The position numbers were made by a program, and so were the translations under genes. From an uncultured bacterium (GTDB lineage: Bacteria; Omnitrophota; Omnitrophia; Omnitrophales; Aquincolibacteriaceae), in the NCBI GenBank assembly GCA_964606385.1, contig CAZSFZ010000008.1, positions 3,961 to 67,960 of the forward strand: a stretch of 64,000 nt of DNA, read 5' to 3'. A model generated the notes under the pieces. It was not told the DNA's origin. It saw nothing but the letters and a program-made list of their open reading frames with translations, and made no database searches. Shown here in pieces: positions 57,867 through 64,000 of this stretch. Numbering within the stretch: position 1 is the stretch's first letter; each line of letters begins with the position of its first letter.

Positions 57867-59516
57867 TTAAGCGGGTTGTCCCCATAAAAAACCTTGTCCG
57901 AAAGGAACTCCCAACTCCCGCAACACTTCGAGATCTTCCCGGTTTTCGATCCCTTCGGCGATGATCTTCGGATGGAGGCTTTCCAACACACTTAAAAGCC
58001 TGCGAAGCGTTTCTCTTTGCCTTTGATCATGGCTGATATTCAGCACGAGCTTCTTGTCGATCTTGATCACATCGGGCTGCAACACGATCAGGCTTTCGAG
58101 ACAACTCCGGCCGAACCCGACATCATCAATGGCGACGCCGATCTTTCTTTTTTGAAGCTCCTGGACCACATGGATGAGATAGGACGGATCGCCCAGGATC
58201 TGTTGTTCGCTCACTTCCACGCAATAGGAACCGCAAAGCGTGGCCGGTGGGAAAAACCTGGCCACCTGTTCAGGCTGCAGTTCCGCCATCGTGGAGGGAA
58301 AAAGATTTACGTGCTTTTCCGACCCTGGGGCAAAGCTGTGCGCGGCCGCCAACGCGACCTCGAGACACCGCTGATCCACCACAGAAAGGATATTGCTTTC
58401 CATGCTGAAATTAAAAAATTCGTTCGGCATTTCAAAACCGGAAATGTTCGTTCGCGCGAGAAATTCATAACCCACGGTCTTTTCGGTCACCAGATCCACG
58501 ATCGGCTGCCTCACCGACCGGAAACACTGACCCGAACGCAGCGTGTCGGCGACATTATCCGCCCGCGGTTCCCAGCCCTCCCCCGCGCTGACCTGGTTCT
58601 TGCCGGACCGTTTGCTTTTCGCAAGCGCCGCGTGTGTGACCTCCAGAAGCGAATCGACCGACCCCGTCCGTTTATTGGCGTTCACGACCCCCAGGCTGGC
58701 CGTAGCCTTGACAGTTTGTCCACCCGCCACGATGACCCCCGCCTGACTGATCGCAAGCCGTATCCTTTCGGAAAAATGAACGCCCTCGGCCAAACGGGTA
58801 TTCGGAAGAAGGATGATGAACTCGTCGCCTCCCACACGGGACACGTAATCCGTGCTCCGGACCGTGGCCTTCAGGATCTTGGAGATCTCCTGCAGTACGA
58901 TATCCCCGACCGCGTGGCCAAACGCATCGTTGATGGGTTTAAAATTATCGAGGTCCAAAAGGATCACGGAAAGATTCGTTCCCTCGCGTCCGGAGATCTC
59001 GAGTTCCCGGGAAAGCACGCGCTGGAGTCCGCGGCGATTCAGCAGTTGGGTCAGAGGATCAAGAAAGGAAAGTTTTTCGAGACGTTCGTTCAGCTCCTCC
59101 ATCTTCTGCTTTTGGTGGTGCCGTTCCAGAGCATACAGAAGGATCCTGACAAGCATGTCCCCGCGAACGTCCCCTTTCACAACATAATCCTGCGCCCCTT
59201 TTTTGACTGCTTCCAGGGAAAGCGCTTCGTCGTCCGTTCCGCTCAAAATGACACAAGCGACCTCAGGGTGAGCTGTAGCGATCTTTTCGAAGGTGGCAAG
59301 GCCTTGGCTATCGGGAAGCCCCAGGTCCAGCAGGACCAATTGGAAGTTTTTTGTCTGGAGGAGTTTGCGTGCAGACTCAAGCGTGTGGGCGGTCTCGATC
59401 TTAAATGAAACCCTTCGATCCGTCTTCAAGGATATCGCAAAGACCTTGCAATAATCCGAGTCGTCATCGACCAACAGCATGTGCACCATAGGCGGCGGAC
59501 GCGTCACTTCCCGCAA
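57867..59516 (-). CDS. response regulator with REC-GGDEF-EAL domains
   Basis: REC domain (MLLVDDD), then an RSTD I-site followed by GGDEF. The EAL domain has a variant EFL signature while other catalytic residues look intact. The ORF begins at a TTG with a strong GGGAGGTG SD. Alternative ATG starts lie at 59489 and 59480. Confidence 0.85.
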   Translation of the reverse strand: MREVTRPPPMVHMLLVDDDSDYCKVFAISLKTDRRVSFKIETAHTLESARKLLQTKNFQLVLLDLGLPDSQGLATFEKIATAHPEVACVILSGTDDEALSLEAVKKGAQDYVVKGDVRGDMLVRILLYALERHHQKQKMEELNERLEKLSFLDPLTQLLNRRGLQRVLSRELEISGREGTNLSVILLDLDNFKPINDAFGHAVGDIVLQEISKILKATVRSTDYVSRVGGDEFIILLPNTRLAEGVHFSERIRLAISQAGVIVAGGQTVKATASLGVVNANKRTGSVDSLLEVTHAALAKSKRSGKNQVSAGEGWEPRADNVADTLRSGQCFRSVRQPIVDLVTEKTVGYEFLARTNISGFEMPNEFFNFSMESNILSVVDQRCLEVALAAAHSFAPGSEKHVNLFPSTMAELQPEQVARFFPPATLCGSYCVEVSEQQILGDPSYLIHVVQELQKRKIGVAIDDVGFGRSCLESLIVLQPDVIKIDKKLVLNISHDQRQRETLRRLLSVLESLHPKIIAEGIENREDLEVLRELGVPFGQGFLWGQPA

Positions 59517-59601
59517 AGGACACCTCCCTTTCCCCTGCTACTCCCTATCTTTCATCCTATACCTAATCGGGACGTTTTCAAGAAATGTCTTTTTTAAAAA
59601 G

Positions 59602-59629
59602 TTGACTGCCTGAGCGCATTTGTTATGAT
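59602..59629 (+). promoter_or_regulatory. sigma70-like promoter TTGACT-16 nt-TATGAT upstream of GT2 gene
   Basis: Near-consensus -35 and -10 hexamers read directly. The predicted leader is about 85 nt. Confidence 0.55.
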
Positions 59630-59640
59630 GCCAAAACCAT

Positions 59641-59677
59641 CCCAACTTTAAATTTTTTCATATAGATGGTAGTTGGG
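59641..59677 (+). promoter_or_regulatory. inverted repeat CCCAACT...AGTTGGG in 5' leader of GT2 gene
   Basis: 7-bp arms separated by an AT-rich 23-nt loop, located between the promoter and the start codon. Confidence 0.35.
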
Positions 59678-59722
59678 ACAGCCCCAATTTCTACTTCGTA
59701 AAAATTGAAAGGTATTGGGACC

Positions 59723-60880
59723 ATGGAAATCACCACAAATGCTGCCATATTCCTCCTCATTTTCATTTTGGGGGGATGGGTCTATCGCAGCGGAAGGTCG
59801 CTTTCCGAACTAAAGCAGGCCCCGACCCTCAGGATCACTCCGAAGGCCTCCCGGCACGGAAAAGTCTCCGCCTTGATCCCGGCGAAAAATGAGGAAAGGA
59901 ACATCGGGGACTGCGTCCGGCCCCTCCTCGCGCAACTGCGTGAAGGCGATGAGCTTATTGTGATCAATAACTGTTCCACAGACCGCACCGAAGCGATCCT
60001 GAAAGAACTCGGGGCTATCGAGATCCGGCCTCAAGACCCGTCTGGATCTTCCAAAGCCAGCTTTAAATACCTTAATACCCCGCAGACCCCTGACGGATGG
60101 ACGGGAAAGAATTTCGCCCTTCACCTCGGGATCGAGCACGCGGCCGGGGACTGGCTTCTTTTCACCGACGCGGACACGCGCCACGAACCCGGAAGCATTG
60201 ACGCGTCAGCCGGTTTCGCGGAAGAAAAGAAGCTCGACCTCCTGACCCTCCTTCCCCGCTGCCTGGCCCACGGATTTTGGGAAAATCTCATTCAGCCATG
60301 CGCTATGGCGTATATGGGGCTCTGGTTCCCGGTCCGGAAGATCAATGACCCCCGGTCCAGGATCCATTTCGCGAACGGACAATACCTTCTCATTCGAGCG
60401 GACCATTACCAGAAGATCGGCGGGCACCATGCCGTCAAAGGAGCTTTCCTCGAAGATTTCGCGCTGATGAAAAGAACGAAAGAAATGAACGCGCGGGGAA
60501 TGTGCGCCTTCGGGATGGAAATTTACGGCACGCGGATGTATGATTCTTTCAACGCTTTGTGGCGAGGCTGGCGGCGGATATTCCTTCACGCTTATGAACA
60601 GCGCCCCTGGCCCATTCTGCGGTGCGCTCTAAGCGTTTTTTTCTTTTCCGTTTTTCCGTTCATAGCCCTGGCTGCCTCGCTTCAGGGAGCCGGTCCGGCC
60701 TTCCTGCTCGCGGTCATGAACAGCCTGATCGCGCTTGCCACGGCCGCCACGGCGTACGCGATCGTCAAAGCTCCGAGGCCCTACGCGCTCCTCCATCCGG
60801 TTGCGGCTTTTATTTTTACGGCCATCCTTCTTGACGCGTTTCAGATGGCGGTCTTCAACCGCAAAACCTACTGGCGCTAA
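59723..60880 (+). CDS. family 2 glycosyltransferase with C-terminal transmembrane segments
   Basis: GT-A motifs (SALIPAKNEE; DAD) and hydrophobic C-terminal helices. ATG start chosen at 59723. The ORF track begins at the TTG at 59705. Confidence 0.8.
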   Translation: MEITTNAAIFLLIFILGGWVYRSGRSLSELKQAPTLRITPKASRHGKVSALIPAKNEERNIGDCVRPLLAQLREGDELIVINNCSTDRTEAILKELGAIEIRPQDPSGSSKASFKYLNTPQTPDGWTGKNFALHLGIEHAAGDWLLFTDADTRHEPGSIDASAGFAEEKKLDLLTLLPRCLAHGFWENLIQPCAMAYMGLWFPVRKINDPRSRIHFANGQYLLIRADHYQKIGGHHAVKGAFLEDFALMKRTKEMNARGMCAFGMEIYGTRMYDSFNALWRGWRRIFLHAYEQRPWPILRCALSVFFFSVFPFIALAASLQGAGPAFLLAVMNSLIALATAATAYAIVKAPRPYALLHPVAAFIFTAILLDAFQMAVFNRKTYWR

Positions 60881-60888
60881 CCCCTCAA

Positions 60889-60928
60889 TAAAAAAGGCGT
60901 TATTCCCATGCGCGGGAAATAACGCCTT
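60889..60928. terminator. bidirectional Rho-independent terminator hairpin (GGCGTTATT-13 nt loop-AATAACGCC) flanked by A6 / TT
   Basis: Perfect 9-bp stem between convergent gene ends. On the minus strand a U-run follows the stem. Confidence 0.6.
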
Positions 60929-60946
60929 ACCGGACAGCAACTCTTT

Positions 60947-61273
60947 CTAATTCGAAGTTTTCGCGCTCTTTTTCGATTTCTTGGGGTCCGATTTTCCGCT
61001 TTTTTTGCCGGATGATTTCTTGGAAACTTCTTTCTTGGATTTCTTTTTTTTCGGCTCTTCCGCTTTCGTTTTGGACGGTTTCGCATCCGCCGCGTCCACC
61101 GAACGGTTCGCCTGATCGGACTTCACGCTACTGGCCTGGGCTTCTTCACCCGCGATCATCTCAAGATCCACCGGGACCATCGGATCCAGCTCCTGATTGA
61201 TCTCGGCACTTCCATGAGGGGCCCACAAATTCAAAAGCGCCCACAAAAGCATGAGCGTGATCTTTTTTTTCAT
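60947..61273 (-). CDS. secreted lysine-rich low-complexity protein
   Basis: Signal peptide MKKKITLMLLWALLNLWAPHGSA, an acidic middle and a C-terminal K/S-rich tail. A GGAGG SD lies 7 nt upstream of this Met. The longer ORF reaches 61336. Confidence 0.6.
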   Translation of the reverse strand: MKKKITLMLLWALLNLWAPHGSAEINQELDPMVPVDLEMIAGEEAQASSVKSDQANRSVDAADAKPSKTKAEEPKKKKSKKEVSKKSSGKKSGKSDPKKSKKSAKTSN

Positions 61274-61304
61274 TGAAAACCTCCGAAAAAATAAACGAAA
61301 CATC

Positions 61305-62402
61305 TTAGATGGCAAGATAGCCCACCTTGACGGCATAACGGATGAGCGTTTTCAAAAAGGCCAGGTCCGTCTTGGGCATGGCGATCCCGGTGCCGCGCAA
61401 GATCTCGCGCGTGTTGGTGGTGTCAAACGTCAAACGCCCGTTCAGATAACCCAGATAGGGCTCCAGCATCGCGAAGACCATTTGTTCCTGCGCCCCCATC
61501 TTGGTTTTTTTGAAGTGCTGGGGATCGACCACTTCGATCGGCGGGATCGTGGAGTACTCTTCTTCACCGACCTTCAGAAGCATGCCGATCGAAGGAGGTT
61601 TCGGAGATACCACATGAAAACATTTATTGAGGCTCCGGGGATCTTTCACGATCGCACAAGTCGCCCGGATCACGAAATCAATGGGAACGATATTAAACGT
61701 GTTCTCACGATGCGTGGGGATCTTGGAAAGGACTCCGTGAGCGAAGAGCTTGATGAAAGGATAGATCACGTTAAAATCCGAAACCACGCCGGTCTCGGAA
61801 TGGCCGACGACGATGCTCGGACGAATGATCGTCACCGGCAGTCCCTTCGCCATCGCCTCGCGAACTTTGGTCTCGGATTTGTACTTGCTCGATTCGTAAT
61901 AATTCGCGAACACCGGCTTGGCAGGAAGTTCGTCTTCTTTGGAGCAATGGTCCCACACACTTCCCGCGACGAACGCCGTGCTGAAATAAACAAAACGCTC
62001 GAGCTTCCCTTTTTTCCGAAGGTCCCAGGCGAGTTCCAGCGCGTGCTCCGTCCCGCCCACATTGATCTGCTGGCATTCTTTTTCCGTGCCGTTCAGGGCC
62101 GTCAGCGCCGCGATATGGTAGAAAACCTTGCATTCCTTTTCGAGATATTCGAGATCGGTTTTCTTGAGCCCGAACTTGTGATGCGTGACATCCCCTTCGA
62201 TCACATGGATCCGGGAACCCAGGTGGGAATCGATCCCCAGCGCGGCGAGGATCTTTTTGACCCGGTCCGCGTGAGAAGCCCGGTTTTTCGCGCGCGCCAA
62301 AAGTGCGATCTCGGAATGCGTGGTGGCGAGCAGTTCCTTGACCAGGTCCTGCCCCAGCACCCCGGTCGCGCCGGTCATAAAGATCAGATCACGAGCCATC
62401 AT
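61305..62402 (-). CDS. NAD-dependent acyl/thioester reductase-like SDR (NAD_binding_4, male-sterility-domain type)
   Basis: GATGVLG Rossmann motif, an S...YxxSK catalytic pattern (YYESSKYKSE), and length and architecture typical of fatty acyl-CoA/ACP or NRPS/PKS terminal reductases. Confidence 0.75.
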   Translation of the reverse strand: MMARDLIFMTGATGVLGQDLVKELLATTHSEIALLARAKNRASHADRVKKILAALGIDSHLGSRIHVIEGDVTHHKFGLKKTDLEYLEKECKVFYHIAALTALNGTEKECQQINVGGTEHALELAWDLRKKGKLERFVYFSTAFVAGSVWDHCSKEDELPAKPVFANYYESSKYKSETKVREAMAKGLPVTIIRPSIVVGHSETGVVSDFNVIYPFIKLFAHGVLSKIPTHRENTFNIVPIDFVIRATCAIVKDPRSLNKCFHVVSPKPPSIGMLLKVGEEEYSTIPPIEVVDPQHFKKTKMGAQEQMVFAMLEPYLGYLNGRLTFDTTNTREILRGTGIAMPKTDLAFLKTLIRYAVKVGYLAI

Positions 62403-63687
62403 ATCTCCTTAAAGCCAGACAAATGTTCTGGCCGCCGAATCCGAAAGAATTCGATAACGCCAGGTTCACGTTCGAGCGCCGGGCCGTATTGGGCACATAA
62501 TCCAGATCGCAATCCGGGTCCGGTTCCTCGTAATTGATCGTCGGCGGAATGATCGAATCCCGCATCGCCAGAAGACAAACGATCGCTTCGACGCCGCCGG
62601 CCGCCGCAATCATATGCCCGAGCATGGATTTGGTCGAGCTAACCGGGATCTTCGGCGCGTGATCGCCCATCACTTTTTTGATGACGAGGGTTTCAAGCGA
62701 GTCATTCACTGCGGTGGAAGTGCCGTGAGCATTGATATAATCAACATTTTGAGGCCCAACGCAAGCTTTTTCCATCGCGATCTCCATCGCCCGCGCCGCG
62801 CCACGCCCCTCCGGGTCCATGTCCGTGAGGCGATAAGCGTCCGCGGTAGACCCGTAACCTACCACTTCGCCGTGGATCGGCGCCTTACGTTTTTTCGCGT
62901 GTTCCAGTTCTTCCAGGATCAACACCCCCGCGCCTTCGCCGATCACGAATCCGTCACGTTTCTTATCGAACGGGCGCGATGCCTTCTCGGGATCATCATT
63001 GCGGGAGGAAAGCGCCGTCAATAAACTGAAACCGGCCAAGCCCATAGGATAGATCATCGAATGAGAGCCGCCCGCCATCATGACGTCCGCATCCCCGCGG
63101 CGGATCCACTCGAACGCCTCCCCGATCGCCTGGGACGACGCCGCGCACGCGGTCAAGCAATTGGAGACCGGCCCGCGGATATCAAAAAGACGCGTCAGGT
63201 GCGTCACGGTCATGAAAGGCTGACTTTCGAGCTCCCGCAGCGCGGTCATGTTCCGGGGCGAAAGCTCGACATATCGGGCCTTGTCCACGAGCTCCGCGCC
63301 GCCCTGTGTAAACGACGGCACCAGTGTCTTGATGAAGGGGCCGAAATCAATCCCGCTGTCGCCGGCGCCGAAATAGATCCCGAAGCGGTTCGGGTTCACC
63401 GCGAGCGGTTCCAAGCTCGCGGCCTTGTACGCTTCCGCGGCGGCCTGCAACGCGAAGAAAGTGCTGCGGAAGGCGCTCCCCAAAGGGGGGTTCCGCTCAA
63501 GCCATTTGTCGAATGAAAATCCCTTCACCTCCGCGGCGATGCGCGTCGGAAAACGGCTCGCGTCAAAAAGCGTGATCGGCCCGACACCCGACTTCCCCTG
63601 CGTCAGCCGGAGCCAGGTATCTTTGACGGAATTCCCGAGGGGCGTTACCGCGCCCATCCCTGTCACCACCACTCTTCTTTTTAACAT
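62389..63687 (-). CDS. beta-ketoacyl-ACP synthase II-like ketosynthase (FabF family)
   Basis: 432-aa ORF with the active-site Cys (CLTACAASS), His (INAHGTST) and GHMIAAAG motifs. Confidence 0.88.
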   Translation of the reverse strand: MLKRRVVVTGMGAVTPLGNSVKDTWLRLTQGKSGVGPITLFDASRFPTRIAAEVKGFSFDKWLERNPPLGSAFRSTFFALQAAAEAYKAASLEPLAVNPNRFGIYFGAGDSGIDFGPFIKTLVPSFTQGGAELVDKARYVELSPRNMTALRELESQPFMTVTHLTRLFDIRGPVSNCLTACAASSQAIGEAFEWIRRGDADVMMAGGSHSMIYPMGLAGFSLLTALSSRNDDPEKASRPFDKKRDGFVIGEGAGVLILEELEHAKKRKAPIHGEVVGYGSTADAYRLTDMDPEGRGAARAMEIAMEKACVGPQNVDYINAHGTSTAVNDSLETLVIKKVMGDHAPKIPVSSTKSMLGHMIAAAGGVEAIVCLLAMRDSIIPPTINYEEPDPDCDLDYVPNTARRSNVNLALSNSFGFGGQNICLALRRYDGS

Positions 63688-64000
63688 CTTTTAAACACCA
63701 GCGATGCGTTTTGGCCGCCCAAACCGAACGTGTTCAGAACCGAAACGTTCACCGGGCAGGACTTTGCCGTTTTTTTGACGAAAGGAAGCGCGCATTCAGG
63801 ATCCGGATCTTCGAGATTCGTGACCGGAGGCACCTGCCCCTTTTTCGCAATCAGGGCCGCGATCACCGCTTCGACGCTTCCGGTCCCGTAATTCAGATTC
63901 CCTGTCACGGGTTTTACCGCTGTCACATGAAGTTTTTTGAAGGAAGCGGAATAAAAAGAGTGGACCGCGAGCGACTCCTGCATATCTTCCTGCGGGATCC
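63681..64000 (-). CDS. second FabF-like ketosynthase, C-terminal part (5' end beyond window)
   Basis: ORF ending ...NTFGLGGQNASLVFKRC, a KS C-terminal signature. Its stop overlaps the downstream KS start by 7 nt. Confidence 0.75.
   Translation of the reverse strand, partial: IPQEDMQESLAVHSFYSASFKKLHVTAVKPVTGNLNYGTGSVEAVIAALIAKKGQVPPVTNLEDPDPECALPFVKKTAKSCPVNVSVLNTFGLGGQNASLVFKRC

Noticed and set aside
58017-59408. 463-aa plus-strand ORF
   Set aside because: Antisense to the REC-GGDEF-EAL gene and shows no domain signatures.
60960-61110. Short tandem-looking repeats (ttcttgg/ttttcc units) resembling a repeat array
   Set aside because: They are codon-level repetition that encodes the Lys/Ser-rich tail of the secreted protein. 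There are no regularly spaced direct repeats with unique spacers, so this is not CRISPR.
1-64000. Search for integrase, transposase, tRNA, direct-repeat flanks or a prophage block
   Set aside because: None was seen. The AT-rich islands are short promoter-like spacers, not island boundaries.

Overview
High-GC, gene-dense bacterial chromosomal window. 52 of 54 confident genes lie on the minus strand, and many junctions overlap by 4 nt (ATGA) or a few bases, so long polycistronic units are likely. No rRNA, tRNA, CRISPR array, integrase or transposase was found by eye.

Segment 1-12.1 kb is a canonical dcw cell-wall/division cluster read on the minus strand (ftsA partial, ftsQ, ddl, murB, murC, murG, ftsW, murD, mraY, murF, murE). 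The expected ftsI/ftsL/mraW/mraZ are missing upstream of murE. In their place sit three small envelope proteins: a bitopic 168-aa protein, an OmpA-like lipoprotein and a 67-aa membrane protein.

An accessory-looking block follows at 13.5-22 kb: a HD-GYP c-di-GMP phosphodiesterase, an Ap4A-phosphorylase-like HIT protein overlapping a PF01637-like AAA ATPase, an orphan PtsN-like EIIA, a CDF/OmpR/HK metal module, and a single-domain REC.

Housekeeping genes come next: mutL-mutS, a 3D-domain wall hydrolase, a BT1-like MFS transporter, HAD, radC, TPR, tsaE, thiL, mtnA, tatD, metG, holB, tmk, cysS, a fused ispDF, a YacL-like PIN-TRAM protein, mlaDFE plus a large AsmA-like protein, clpC, a DUF4139 secreted protein, mcsB, mcsA, ilvE, lolD, lolC/E and lysS.

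The 3' end (56.4-64 kb) carries a PAS histidine kinase, a REC-GGDEF-EAL regulator, a GT2 glycosyltransferase with a clear sigma70-like promoter, a secreted Lys-rich protein, an NAD_binding_4-type acyl reductase and two overlapping FabF-like ketosynthases that run off the window edge.

The best candidates for undescribed biology are three: (i) the truncated KS-KS-reductase/GT2 lipid-type biosynthetic locus, (ii) the mcsA-mcsB-DUF4139-clpC operon with a secreted protein inserted in a protein-arginine-kinase/ClpC unit in an apparently diderm organism, and (iii) the replacement of ftsI/ftsL by small envelope proteins plus the HIT/ATPase/HD-GYP block at the 5' side of the dcw cluster. I cannot tell from sequence alone which of these, if any, is a genuinely novel system. 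All domain assignments come from motif recognition by eye, not from database searches.
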